Source of the DNA: Eledone cirrhosa
Lineage: Eukaryota
Length of the DNA stretch: 63,876 nucleotides
Reading direction: 5' to 3'
Assembly: GCA_964016885.1 (NCBI GenBank)
Contig: OZ024744.1
Span: 85,436,125-85,500,000, forward strand
This document shows positions 49,535 through 63,149 of this stretch, piece after piece. The position numbers were made by a program, and so were the translations under genes. How positions within the stretch are numbered: position 1 is the stretch's first letter; each line of letters begins with the position of its first letter. The notes under the pieces are model-generated. The model worked only from the letters and a program-made list of their open reading frames with translations, ran no database searches and had not been told where the DNA came from.

Positions 49535-49766
49535 GTTTTTTTGTTTAAAATGAAATTTTGGGTACAAAACCCCAATAACTGGTTATTTAACCCCGAAGGG
49601 CCAAATAACGGACAGAAAGACCCCTCTCACGAGGAGGAGGGTGTCTTTATCAACAATTTGGTTCAAGTTTTAAACAATTTACAATTGTTTTAACGGTTAA
49701 AAATTACTATACCTTACAGAGCCGAGCCTCCGTCAACCATGGCATTCAATAATAATAATAATAATA

Positions 49767-50035
49767 GTGGGAGGTGAAAAGGATTTGGAACTGCCATGAA
49801 GTCAAAGTGATCCCGATTGTCATAGGCGCACTGGGGACTATCTCCAAAAGTTTCCAGGGATGGTTAAAGAAAATCGGGCCCTTCACGCTTTTTGGAACGC
49901 TTCAAAAGGCATGCTTGCTTGGAACAGCAAGAACCCTCCGATACGTCCTGAATATCTGAGGCTGCAGGTAGTGGCTTGATATTCAATCCAACGGACTTTC
50001 CAGTTAACCAACATCAATGACTGAGATTCAAGGAA
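49767..50035 (+). mobile_element. 3' fragment of the Dong/R4-like LINE between (AAT)n tracts
   Basis: Near-identical to 58967-59235 (VIPIVIGALG..QKACLLGTARTLR). Confidence 0.92.
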
Positions 50036-50071
50036 TAACAACAATAATAATAATAATAATAATAATAAAAA

Positions 50072-53000
50072 TGTTTTCTTTATTAACCACGAGGGTTCAC
50101 ATAAAGTAGACATTAAGGACAGTACAGGACAATACAGGACGGTACAAATGGGCATTTCTGCGTGTAAACAACAAAAACAGAGGATGTAACAAAAAATAAC
50201 AATGAAAAATTTCCCAATAGGGGGGAGACTTCGGAGGGACATTTGTGGAGAAAGCCCAGTAAAAGGCCACAATGACCCTGACCACCAAGGCAAGTGCCCT
50301 CTCCCAGTTTTCCACCTTTAATTTACAGATATATACTCAGAGTAGGCCCATTCACTCGGGCCATTCTTGCTTCTCTCACCCATCTTTCAACAAAATGCTG
50401 GGAAGAGAGCACTTCCCTCTCTACTCTGATTTTCCTTTTCAAATGAAATTTGAAAAAGTCAATCAGAGCATCACCGAAGAGGTAAGTGCTCGTCTTCAGT
50501 CCTTTCAAATGTGTCCACCATACTATCTCTTTCGCCATGGCCACCAGACAGATAAAAACTGCCTGCCCGTCCCGGCTAAAGGAGGAGGGCGGGGAAATCC
50601 TCACGATGGACTCAGATGATAGCCGGATCCGTCCTAAACGCGACAGCAGGTGTTCGACATAAACCCACAAGTCAGCAATTTTCGGACACTGGACGAGTGC
50701 GTGCAGGACGGTTTCGTCGCCGCGCATTTCGGACATGCCCGGCTGACGGAACCTCCATGCCTGTAGAGTTTATCCCGAACTGGCAAGGCTCCTCGGTAGC
50801 ACTGCCAGGCCAAAGATTTCTAGAAGTTGTCCATAGGCCCCGGCCCGAAAGTTCTTCCGAAGAGATTGGCTAGTTGATTTTCGTCGACGCCTAGAGTTTC
50901 CCCAAGTACGTCGTCGCTCTTCCCCTCCACTAATCCTCTATAGAACGCCGAGGTGGAGTTTCCACCGATCACATTGCCCGATTGGTCGAGGGCTGTGAGC
51001 GCCTGAAGACATTCCAGTCTCCATGCGCTCCCTCTCGGTCTTCGCTTGACCCAGGACTGCAGCTCCGTCAAGGAAACGAGCTGGGGAAATACGTGTCTAG
51101 CAAATGGCGACCACACCTGATCACCGTCGAGGAAGAGGTGGAGATGTCGTAGCCTGAGCGCGTGCCTGCGCATCATCAGCCATGGCATGCCCAGCCCTCC
51201 ACGTAGCGGGTGTTGACAACAGCTGGACCGCCTGACCATCGGAGCGCGTCCCTTCCACAAAAAGCGAAAGAGCAAACGCTCCAGCGCAGTCAGGCGAGGC
51301 TTAGGACAAGGTACGACGGTCAGGCGGTAGCAGATGACAGACGCGATGTACGCGTTAGCCACCTCCGCTCGACCTTTCAGGGATAGCTTCCTCTCGGCCC
51401 ATTTCTGGGTGAGAGAAGCCACCCTGCTCGTCACCTCGTCCCAGTTTTTGTCCGTCTGGAGGTCCGGACTGAACCAGACCCCTAGCAATTTAACCGGTCC
51501 GTCCGTTGAGCGTCCGACGACGCTGTTGGACGGCATGGACCTGCCTCTCCAGGTGCCGAGCTGCAGGCCCACTGACTTTTCCTGGTTGATCATTGCTCCT
51601 GTCACCGCTTCGTATTCTCTTAGTGTAGTGCCGATCGCCTCGATGTGTTTGGCGTTCGACACCACTACGGTGACATCGTCCGCATATGCCGACACGGATC
51701 TTCCGCATCCTAGTTCGCGCGGGACCCCCCTCAACGTCTCCAGTTTGTGCAGTAATGGCTCGAGAGTCAATACGTACAAGAGGGACGAGAGGGGACATCC
51801 TTGGCGGACCGAGCGCATAATGTTGAACGGTTCCGACAGGTGACCATTCACTCTCACCACAGAGCAGATGTCGCTGTGCATGGCAGCGATCCAGCCTCTG
51901 AAGACGGGCCCAAAGCCAGCCGCCCTCAGGACTGCCGCTAGGTAACGATGGTCGACCCTATCGAAAGCTTTCGACTGATCTAAATTGATCAAGGACCCAT
52001 CCGTGCCAGGTTCCCTAGCTACCCTCTCTACGATGTATCGCATGAGGTGGAGGTTGTCGTGGATGGATCTGTCGGGAATGGCGCATGTCTGCGCCTCTCC
52101 CACCAGACCACCAACGACAAGCGCCAACCTCTTTGCTAGCACCTTGGCCAAAATCTTGAACTCTGTGTTTAGCAGAGTTATGGGCCGGAAATTATCTATG
52201 TTATCCCCCTTGTTCGGATCCTTTCTCAGCAGTGCCACCGCTCCTCGGCTCACAGAACTGGGAATTCTCCCGTTCTGTTGCCAGTTGCAGTAGACGTCCG
52301 CCAAGAGGCTTCCGAACAAGTCTGGCATCTGTACGTAAAGTTCATAGGGCAGACCATCCAAACCAGGTGATTTACCCCTTGTGCAGCCAGTCATTGCCTC
52401 CCTTACTTCAGCGGCTGTTATCGGCTTTTCGCAACACTTCACCTCAGTGGCCGAGAGCCGCGGCAGTCCGTCGAGGTAGACACTAAAGTCCATCCCTCGA
52501 CCCGGCCCACCGCTGACCCCGAACAGCTGAGCGAAGTGTCGCTGAAAAGCTTCACACATTTGCCCGGGATCAAGTAGCATGCGCCCGTCGTGGTCCACCA
52601 AAGACCGGATCGTGGCTTTGTTGCCACGACGCGCCTCCGCCACTCGGGCCCATTGAACGGCTTTCGTCCCCTCGTGTCTGAGAGCACGCACCCTTGCTCT
52701 GACAACGCAGCCTTCGTGCTTTGCATTGAAGAATTGGTCAAGGGCCAATTTCGCCGCAAGCACGTCGGTCGCACGCAATGCCTTTGCTAAGCGCCTCGTC
52801 TAATTTTCTAACTAGTTCTCCCTCTGCTCTATTTTTCTCTATTGCTAAAGCCTTACTAAACCTAATGGATTCTATTCTAATCGCTCTTTTCAGAGCAAAC
52901 CACCACTTGTTGTTGACAATGGCCCCCGTCAACACCCGCTTAACTATTCCGCTAATCCGGTCTCTGTAAGCCTTGCGCGCTGGTAAGGACGCGTTTAGCT

Positions 53001-56000
53001 TCCAGTAGCCGGGTCCTCGTCTATGAAGCCTATCTAAGTCAAGCACACAGATCACGAATTTGTGGTCCGTGTAGCTGACTATCTTGAATTGTGGACAGCC
53101 TATGCTAGACCTATCTATTTCCCTACAAAATACTCTATCTAGATATGATCTGGATGACCCTATGCGATTTGTCCAAGTCCACATTGGCACATTCGGGAAA
53201 TCCAATCGGTACCTGTCAAACAGTTCAAAACGCCTGAGCAGGTTGGTGAGGCTCTTGCACCCTCCACCCCTATCCGCTAATCTCACACAGTCCCAGCGTG
53301 CATCTAAGATCCCGTTCCAGTCGCCCACTAACACTAAAGAGTGGGACGTTCCAAGAAAGGTCTCCAGACGCCGGAAGAAATCAGGCCGCCCTGCTCCTGT
53401 CGGGGCATAGACGGCCACTAGCCTGAAAGCTTGCCCGTCTCCGCTGGTCACGTCCAGCACCACCAGCTTACCCTCTGGGTCCAGGAAGATGGCCCGTATG
53501 GCGAGATCCAAACCTCTCCGAAAAAGCTCAGCAAATCCTACCCCCGATCCAGGACGGCTGGGAGATGCGTAAACATCGAAGCCGCCGAAGATCGGTGCGA
53601 AGGCCCGTGCTTCGGAGATTCTGGTCTCGCTGATGGCCACTACATCTATGTTTAGTGACCTGAGGTCGTTGAGCAGGTGACCCTGCTTCCATGACGACCC
53701 CAAGCCACGCGCATTTAAGCTGCCTATTCTGAATGAGGTCATGTTTAAAATAGAGTGGAAAAGATGGGAAAGACCACTTACCGTACTTTTCGTAGAGGAG
53801 GGATGGTTTTTACATCCCTTTTCACTTGATCGTCCCTTCGGCTGGTCGTCGGCTCTTCTATGAGTATGTCCGAAAATACTCTTCGATTGATAGTTCCTCC
53901 TAGGTCCCTGAAATCACCAACTGCGTTGGGGAATTTCGTTTTAATGTTTGTGTATTGTTTCTGTGCTATTTTTAGCAGTCTTATGTTAGTTGGCTTTTTG
54001 ATTGGTGCTGGTATTATGTAGTCGTGTTGTGAAATGTCTGTGTGTTCAATTATGTAAGTCATTAGTTTCTTGTTGTGTGTATTTATTGCCGTGCATTTGT
54101 TTTTCTGGGGGTGGGGTGTGGTTCTGCTATTTTCTTGTCGTTGTTGCTGGCTGTGTGTGTTGTTTTGTTGTGTTTGCGACGTTGGTGCTTGTGGTGGTGG
54201 TGTTGAAGGTGTTGTTGGCGGTGGGGTTGTCGCCGGTGGTGATGGTGGTGCTAGTGTGGGTGGTGATGGTGTTGGTGGTGTTGCTGCTGTGAGTCTCTTT
54301 GCAGTAGACTTTACCCTTTTCTCATTTCTTTCCTCCCTTTTCAAAGGCGACGATGCGCTGCTTCTGCGTTTGTGCCTTCTTACGACCTTTTGCCATCCCT
54401 CTCCCACCTCACACTCCATGTCTGATTCTGTGAGGTCGGGGAGGGGTACCAGCTCCACTCTTTCACTTGTTGTTGTTGGTGATGTTTGCACTGGAGTCTC
54501 TGTTGCAGCTGCATTTGGTATTGCTGTTGTTGTTGTTAATATTTCCACTGCTGCTGCTGTTTTTGATTTCCGTGGCGTGGGTATGGGTGCCACGGACCTA
54601 TCGTTCTTGGTTGCCGCTTGTCCTGTTGCTGGTAGCCGTGGAGCCGGTTTCGGAAGGAGGGGGGTTTTCTCCTTTCTCAGGGTCTTCTCGTTGCAGCAGG
54701 CCCTGAGGTGAGTCTTCGATCCACAGCGAAAGCATTTCGGGCGTTTGCCCTCAACACTTATGGGCAGTTGAGTGCCGTTATCGAAGTCTATCACATCCGG
54801 GATAGCTTCGATGCACTCCTGGTTGGTTTGGATTAACATCTCAATGGAGGTGCCGACCCAATCTTCTCTTACTTTTATCTGTACTTGCAGTACAGTTGTT
54901 TTGTCCTCGATTCCGACAGACGCGGCCAGCCAAGAATGGGCCCTCCCGGGGGGGGGGGGACGTGGGTCAGTTTGACCCTCACAATTTTTTGCCCGCAGTA
55001 GGAGGGCACCAACACCATTTCCTCGCTCCTTAGGGTCACTACGGATTGAGCCTTTGCCTCCTGGGGTGTGGCAAAATGTACGTCTACGGTGGCATATTTC
55101 TTGCCTCGGGTGATGTGCGTTTTCCGCTTCCACACAGACCCCAAAGCTTTTTGTATTTGAGCCTCTGTGGCTCTTTCAACCCTACGGGATTTTGTACTTA
55201 CTGTACGGTACGTGACCGTACAGTGCTGTTGGGTTTCGAAAAAATTTTCCGCTGCCTTGCAGATTGCTCGGTGTCCAGTTTTTGTCACCATCTTCTTCGC
55301 TTCCTCTAATTCCTCATTTGTTATGAGGATTGTTTCCAGGTTCTTTGCGATACCTGCAAACGAGATTGGTTTTTCTTTGCTGCTGTTGTTGTTGTTGTCG
55401 TCAGAGCTGCTGTTACTTTTGTTGTTGCTGCAGGTACTACGACTACTGCCGCCGCCGCTGTTGCTGTGGTTGTTGTTGTTGTTGCTGCTGCTAATGCTGT
55501 TGTTGTTTATGCTGCTGCTGATGCTGTTGCGGCTTTTACTGTTGTTTTCCTTGTCATTGTTGCTGTTGTTATTACGGCTGCTACTGCTATAATTCCTGAC
55601 GTCAGACGAATGAAATGGGTTTTCGTATTTCCCGCACACCTGTTTCGTCGCTGTCGTCGTCGTCGTGGAGAAATCTTGCACGCTTTGCACGAGATTTTTC
55701 TTTTCTGTCGTCGCTTGCGAAAGAGAAGGAAGGGAGAGAGACACATTTAAAGAAGGGAGGGAGAGAGACAATCTTCTCTCTGCTGTAGTGACGATTGAGG
55801 AAGAAGAAGACGGAATGAGTGTGAGTGACCTATGAAAATTCTTTTTCGTAGCCATGTTATTTTTTTTTGTTTAAAATAAATATTGGGCACAAACCCCCAA
55901 TAAGCGGTTATTTAACCCCGAAGGGCCAAATAACGGGCAGAAAGACCCTCTCACGAGGAGGAGGGTGTTTTTGTCTACAAGTTGGTTAAAGTTTTAAACA

Positions 56001-56071
56001 ATTTACAATTGTTATAGCGGTCAAAATTTACAATACCTTACAGAGCCGAGCCTCCGTCAACCATAGCATTC
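50072..56071 (-). mobile_element. Second full-length Tx1-like LINE copy, frameshifted
   Basis: Colinear with 43720-49747; ORF1 broken at a poly-G run (~54950); ORF2 broken at ~52775, ~50820 (stop) and ~50720. Confidence 0.93.
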
Positions 56072-56104
<33 letters not shown>

Positions 56105-56296
56105 TTTTTTTTTTTTTTTTTTACTACGAGGTATTTTATTTTGCAAGTTATTATTTTTCCCCTGAGTTTGTGATTTCAGAGAAAGGTAGAGAAGTGAAGA
56201 AAAACTTGCTGCATCAGTTTCAACACTAACAATGTAATGTAGAGAAGAATTAAGGTAGATAACGACAGTAGCAGAACGATAATAATAATAATAACA

Positions 56297-56590
56297 ATAC
56301 CAGTGGTTGTAGGCGCTCTGGGAATGATACCTAAGGTGTCTAATGATTACTTATCGCAAATCCTAGGAAACCCGCGTATAGGAGAAATACAAAAGATAGT
56401 ACTAATGGGAACTGCCCATATACTAAGGAAGATTCTGTCAATATAAGTACATCACAAGTCTAAACACTAAAGATGCATGTGTGAGTATGTATGTTCTTTC
56501 TTGAACATGGCGGACCTTGTTGTCTCTTGAGGTCACTGGTTGTGACTTGGTGATAACTCGTATGAACATAAAGCAAGATAAATGCAACTG
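56297..56590 (+). mobile_element. 3' fragment of a second Dong/R4-like family in (AAT)n
   Basis: Translation IPVVVGALGMIPK...IQKIVLMGTAHILRKILSI*. Confidence 0.8.
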
Positions 56591-56617
56591 TAATAATAAT
56601 AATAATAATAATAATAA

Positions 56618-59235
56618 TATAGACACTAAAAATAGACTGGAAATAAAGTACAAAACTAGGAGGAAAAAGCTAAATATTATCATAGAGGAACTGAAGCAAC
56701 GCATTGTAGCAAAGAGTGCAAAAATCAGGCGATACGAGAACAGAGTCAGTCAGTTTAGACAGAACCGCATGTTCGACAACAACCAGAAGATGCTGTTTGG
56801 ACAGCTTGAGGGGGAAAGAAAGAAGCAACGACTTGATGCCTGAGGCGGAACAAACTAAAACATTCTGGAGAGGAATATGGGAGCAGGATGTTAAACATAA
56901 TGACCAGGCAGTGTGGATTGAGACAGTACAGAAGGAGATTAGTGAACAGGCACACCAACAAACTGATTTGAGTATCACAGTTGAAACTCTTAAGGGGCAG
57001 GCCAAAAAACTAACCAACTGCAAATCACCAGGCTCAGATGGTGTGCAGGGGTATTGGATTAAAAATATAACATCCCTCCACCCGAAACTGACAACCATGT
57101 TCAATGACTGCTTGATGTCAGGTAAGGTACCATAGTGGTTGACAAAAGGTACCACAGTTCTGATAATGAAAGACCGTATCAAGGGTAATGATGTTACCAA
57201 CTATAGACCTATCACATGTCTGTCCGTAATGTGGAAACTGTTGACAAGCATTATGTCTGAGGAAATCTACCATCACCTCCACACAAACAACTTGTTACCG
57301 GACGAACAGAAAGGATGCCGAAAGAAGTCACGTGGTACAAAGGACCAGTTACTTATTGTTAAGATGGTAATGAGGAATTGCAAGAGGAGACACACTGGTC
57401 TTGCCATGGGATGGATAGACTACAAAAGGGCATTTGACATGGTGCCTCATTCTTGGATCACCAAAAGCCTGGAGATCTTCAAGGTGGCAGATAACATCAG
57501 ACAGTTGTTGGGCAAAAGTATGAAGTCCTGGGAAACAGAGTTAACATCAACTGGAGAATCCTTGGGAAGCGTGAAGATCAAGAGAGGTATCTTCCAGGGA
57601 GATAGTCTGTCCCCTCTGTTGTTTGTCCTTGCCCTGATGCCCCTGACCATTATACTGCGAAAAGTGAGAGCAGGATACAAGTTGGGAAAGGGAGAGCTTA
57701 CCATCAATCACCTCCTCTTCATGCACGATCTTAAGCTCTTCGGGAAGAGTGAGAAGGAGTTGGATGTGCTTGTTGACACTGTTCGTATTTTCAGCAGTGA
57801 TATATGTATGCAATTTGGTATTAATAAGTGTGGAGTCCTTGTGATGAAGAGGGGTAAATTGAGCAGAAGTAACGGAATACAGTTACTAACAGGTGAGATA
57901 ATAAAGGAAATTGACACTGAAGAAGGATACAAGTATTTGGGTGTTCTGGAGGCTGATGACATCAAGAACAAAAAAATGAAGGAATTGATAAGAACTGAAT
58001 ACATTCGGAGAGAAAGGAGCGTATTAAAGTCACATCTGAACAGTAGGAATGCCATAAGTGCAGTACATTCCCGAGCTGTGTCTATTATTAGGTACAGTGC
58101 GGGAATTCTGAGATGGAATGTTGCTGAACAAAAAGAAATGGATAGGAAGACTAGGAAGCTATTGACTATCTACAACATGTTCCACAAAAGGAGTGATGTC
58201 GATAGACTCTACTTAAGGAGATCTGAAGGTGGAAGAGGTCTTATCAGCATAGAGGACTGTGTTCAGATGGAGAAAAACAACCTGCACAAATACTTGACTG
58301 ATAGTAAGGAGCCAATGCTCAGAATTGTACTGAAGGAGAGAACAATAGACCAGGGTATCTCCAAGGCGGAAATAACATCAAGGAAAAAGAGCAACCTTCA
58401 GGAAAAATCCCTTCATAGTACCTTCTTTGAGAAAACTGAATTCAGAGATCCACAGACATGGAACTGGTTGAAAAGAGGAGACCTTAAAAAGGCTACAGAA
58501 GGAATGTTAATGGCTGCGCAGGAGCAGGCCCTCAAAACGAAGTGGTTGAAACACCATATTTACAAGGAGGAGGCTAGCCCACTGTGCAGGATCTGTGGAG
58601 AGAGAGAGAAGTGACTGTGGCTCACATTGTATTCGAGTGTAAACACCTAGCCCAGACTCACTATAAGGGCTGGAGACATGATGTGATGGGCATGGTGATC
58701 CACTGGCACCTATACAAAGTAAACAATTTACCACATTCTGAGAAGTGGTATGAGCATAAGCCTGAGTCGGTGATAGAAAACGATCAGGCGAAGGTTCTGT
58801 GGGATTTTAGGATACAGACGGACAAGAAACTGGAACACATTAGACCTGACCTGGTGGTTGTGGACAAAGAAAAAAGATCGTGCCTGATTGTGGATGTGGC
58901 CTGCCCATTCGACACGAGAGTGCAAGAGAAGGAGAGGGAGAAAATTAACCGATACCCGGACTTAAAGTGGGAGGTAAAAAGGATTTGGAACTGCTATGAA
59001 GTCAAAGTGGTCCCGATTGTCATAGGCGCACTAGGTACTATCTCAAAAAGTTTCCAGGGATGGTTAAAGAAAATTGGCCCCTTCACGCTTTTTGGAACGC
59101 TTCAAAAGGCATGCTTGCTGGGAACAGCAAGAACCCTCCGATACGTCCTGAATATCTGAGGCTGCAGGTAGTGGCTTGATATTCATTTCAACAAACTTTC
59201 CAGTTAACTAACATCAATGACTGAGACTCAAAGCA
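56618..59235 (+). mobile_element. 5'-truncated Dong/R4-clade (RLE) non-LTR retrotransposon flanked by (TAA)n
   Basis: [47 protein letters not shown] (catalytic D mutated), YKYLG, CRIC..H..C knuckle, RPDLVV..D (PD-D/ExK), PIVIGALG; stops and frameshifts at ~56820, ~57134, ~58605. Confidence 0.93.
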
Positions 59236-59724
59236 TAATAATAATAATAATAATGATCATTGGAATATATACACACTAGTATGTTTGCATGAAATTTATA
59301 TTGCTACTCTTTTCCTATTGTTATTGTAATTGTAGTTATTTTTTAATCTCTGCTTAACCCTGATCCCACATACATATGAGCAAATCCATAATCATATTGA
59401 CATTTTTTTTTTCGAGCAGCATATAGGTTAGATTACGTTTCATAATGTGTCCTTCAGTTTTTTTCTTTTTCGTTTTTTTTTTTTAAAGAGAGCACAGTTA
59501 GATTTGAGGAAGAATGTTTAACTATATCTAACATGTCGACAACTGCATAGAGGTGTTGACTGTGTCAAAAGGTTTCTTGTTTGCATGGAAGTATGCATGG
59601 AAATGTTAGCTTGTTACTATAGTAGTATGGGTAAAGTGATTGTGCATGAAAAGGGTGTTATCAAGAGTTATGAAGTTTGTGTAGGATTTTTAATAGATAT
59701 TTCAAATGTCAATGTGTTTATTTA

Positions 59725-59812
59725 GTAATATTCAATTTATTTTGTAATATTCAATTTATTTTGTAATATTCAATTTATTTTGTAATATTCAATTTATTTT
59801 GTAATATTCAAT
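59725..59812. repeat. 19-bp tandem repeat, 4-5 copies
   Basis: gtaatattcaatttatttt. Confidence 0.9.
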
Positions 59813-59859
59813 TCATATGGAGTAATATATGATACTATGTATAGTATATTTGTCGTTGT

Positions 59860-60113
59860 ACGTAAAAGGAGATTAAGATTTGCTGGCCACTGCCATCGTG
59901 CCTCCTATGAGGCTGTGTCCCCACAAGTGCTTTAGAAAACCACATGCAGTCACTAATAACAAGGGGGTACAAGCTCTCCTATCCCGATGTCATCTCCAGA
60001 GATTCTGTTATTGAAATCCAGGACATAAGGATCGGCAATGAACGACAAACCCACGTGGAGATCAATTGTTGAGTCGATTTCGACTGAGGCCACCGGATGA
60101 TGATGATGATGAT
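59860..60113 (+). mobile_element. RTE 3' fragment with (TGA)n tail
   Basis: RRLRFAGHCHRA motif and gatgatgat tail. Confidence 0.75.
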
Positions 60114-61095
60114 GTATAGTATGTGTAATGTCTAGATGGAAAGGTGACGAGTCTATGTTGTGTTAAGTGTTAATATGGTACGGGTGAAATTTTACACTGC
60201 ACTAGTATGAAATTGTCGAATTGGTGGCACATAATGAAGACGTCGGCATAGATGTTTAAGCAGTTACGAGTTTTTAAATTGCTAATTATAATTATGTAAG
60301 GTCCCACTCAAGCGACTCGGATAATATGTAACTAATACAACCTATCATATGGTCTGGTCATCGGTGACGAAACCAGAAACCCCACCAACCTTGCTTGGTA
60401 CAGAAGGTTATCTTTTGGATACCGTGTGAAATGATAAACAAAACGCGTCGAAAGGCGGGGGAACTCAGGAGAATCAACAGCTGTCCAATAAAGTATGAAA
60501 ATATATCGTGTAGACGAAGCTCCTTAACCGTGGTTGGCGGGCTGTCTAGGAGAAAGATCACTTTGATGACAATACCGTGGTAGAAGGGGCTTCTTAATCG
60601 CCTTGATGGCAACCTTTCAAGTGGTGAACGGCCTCATTCTTGAGATAAAGGCGGGAAACGTCGACATGGAAGTCAGCTTCTGAGCAATGGTTTGACGAAG
60701 ATTCGGAGCCCACCTACAACATGTTTCTCCCAATGAGAATTATGGACAAAAAGGCATCATATAGAGTAACATTTGTGCGATTTTCCATGCTCCTTGACCC
60801 TCAGCAATGAGAATAAGAGACCAAACCAAAAAGAACTTTCCACGTTATGCCGTAACTTGCTTTTCTTTTAGCTTTTATAATCTCTACATTTAGTAAAAGT
60901 ACGCTTGAGAAAATGTTGACTGACGTTCAGTGGTTAAAAACACTTTCCATGAACTTACCCTCAGGCGTACTTATGTAATGTTTCTTTCTCGACAGGTTGT
61001 TGTGATATACTTGTGCGATATCACACACTATACCTGATTCTTGAACAAGTAAGGTTCATTACTAAGCATAGTCTTTGATATTGAAAAAGACGCGA

Positions 61096-61285
61096 TAATT
61101 GTTTCTACTTTTGGCACAAGGCCAGTAATTACCCAGTACATTGCTGGTACTTTATTTTATCGACCCCGTAAGGATGAAAGGCAAAGTTAACCTCGGCGGG
61201 ATTTGAACTCAGAATGGCAAGGGCCGTAATTCTATACGTCAAAGCATGGCGTGCGACCCTCTACCGGCACTACCAATTCACCGCC
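61096..61285 (-). mobile_element. Full-length tRNA-derived SINE
   Basis: Same family as 28966-29152. Confidence 0.9.
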
Positions 61286-61315
61286 CAACCACCCTACAAA
61301 ATAATTGTTTCTTAT

Positions 61316-62055
61316 AGAAGGGAAGCCTGCAGCGTCCAAGCCATGCTTAATGACTTCGTTGAGGGCTGCATGGCGTGGAATGCGGCCGGCACTGTGGCGA
61401 CAGGGAAGCGGGTGGAGGCCGAAAGAGTCCACAGTGGAACTGCAGCGACATTGGTGTGGCAGATGCGGAGGCCGAGTCTCAGGGAAACGCTGATTCGGAG
61501 GCTATGGTTGTCTAGCTGCGTGCCAGTGGAGAAGGGGGGCAGGGCATGTCGTCAAACTTGACGTTGCATATCCCCTCGGCTGCTGCTCAGATACAAGTAT
61601 CGAGGTCAGCGAGGAGAGATGTCTGGGTGTAGCACGGAGGGCTGCGGAGTGTATAGAGGAGCTTAGGCATGGCGAAGCAGTTCCTCAGCAGAAAGAGTGC
61701 TCGGTGGCCGTCAATCAAGCCCAGTCGGCTCGTGAGAGTCTGGAGCTGTTGAAGCCTAGACCTGATGGTGGAGCGGATGGCCGGCGCGTGGATCGGTGAC
61801 CCGAGGATGAGGACATCCTCTTGGGGGGGGGGGGGGCACCTGAACCTGGCGGAGAATGGACCGCACGTCGTAGACGGGGCTGCAAAGCTCGCCGCATCGA
61901 GGCTGACATTCACCACCTCCTGACCTTGCCGAGTTGACCTGGAGGCCGATTCCCGCCAGGGCAGGAACCATCGATTGAAGGTCATGGCAGACCGTTCGAA
62001 CGGGCCCGCCCAACGTAGCATCATCCAGAAACCAAACGTTGAGAGGGACCGTAAG
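61316..62055 (-). pseudogene. GC-rich fragment of a CRE-clade-like (RLE) non-LTR retrotransposon
   Basis: NVWFLDDATLGG (RT core), LLRNCFAMPKLLYTLR, CRC..VDSFGLHPLPC..GRIPRHAALNEVI..LDAAGFPS. Confidence 0.7.
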
Positions 62056-62796
62056 ATCGAGTTAAACTGATTAATCCCAGTGGAATGAAGATAGAAGTGA
62101 TGAAACATGGAAACAACTACTTTGGCTAATGTTTAGATTTTTCATCGCATTCCAGGATTTTATTGTAATTATAACATTTTCGGCTAACGATTGAGGATTT
62201 GGTACATGTATATAATTTGTGGATAACTATGTGCCAATTCAGGTTGGAAGAACATTCTTCTGCAAATAAAACAAGAAAGTCAACAGAGGAAACCTTTATC
62301 TTAGGTCCTTGCTCAATCATCCGGATATAACAGCCAAATCTCCCTCAAATCACATAGCCATATTATAAAATGGAAATGATACATTAGAAAATATATTCCT
62401 GAGTATACAAAATAAAACATGGACTGGTTAAGACAAGAAAGCCTTCGTTCATAAATCAACACGATCACAAAGTGATTTGCATCTAAGCAACAAAAACAAC
62501 AACAACAAAAAAAAAACAACAACCCAAAACAATAAAACAGGAATAGCCTTACTTTATGAGATAGAGGAATAATCTTAAAATCTGCAAGTACTACTATGGA
62601 TGAATTATGATATGAGAGGAATACAGCGTTCTCAATGACATGTACCGGTTAATCTCTCAGAATGGAAGATTAAGTTCCCGTTGTAGGAGCACAACAATCA
62701 CGGACAAATAATATCATTGTATATGTAATATATATATTTATGATAGTCTGTATGGCTGCTTGTATGTATGAATATACATAAATCTATATATATGTA

Positions 62797-62859
<63 letters not shown>

Positions 62860-62867
62860 GTATATAT

Positions 62868-63149
62868 ATTATTAGAAATGTAAACTATCACCATATTTTG
62901 ACTAAAGAAATTAAAGAAATTATTTACCCTGATAGTGGGGTTAAGAACCCTCAGAGAAATGGAAAAAGATGAGTATTGACGTTCATATGTTGACTCCCAT
63001 GAACGTCAATACTCATCTTTTTCCATTTCTCCTAGGGTTCTTAACCCCACTATCAGGGTAAATAATTTCTTTAATTTCTTTAGTCAAAATACGGCGATAG
63101 TTTACATTTCTAATAATTTCAAACCCGCTCGCTGTTTCGAAAATATTCT

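Larger units (their letters stand above)
43720..49747 (-). mobile_element. Full-length, apparently intact Tx1/L1-clade LINE inserted in (AAT)n
   Basis: Two open ORFs, both UTRs, AATAAA near the 3' end, (AAT)n on both sides; boundaries confirmed by the second copy at 50072-56071. Confidence 0.93.

Noticed and set aside
44310-55750. Antisense and alternate-frame ORFs over the Tx1 copies
   Set aside because: Shadow ORFs of GC-rich coding sequence with no independent motifs
60300-60850. Short ORFs at 60358-60612
   Set aside because: No recognisable domain; part resembles the repeat at ~1900-1950, so likely an old TE fragment
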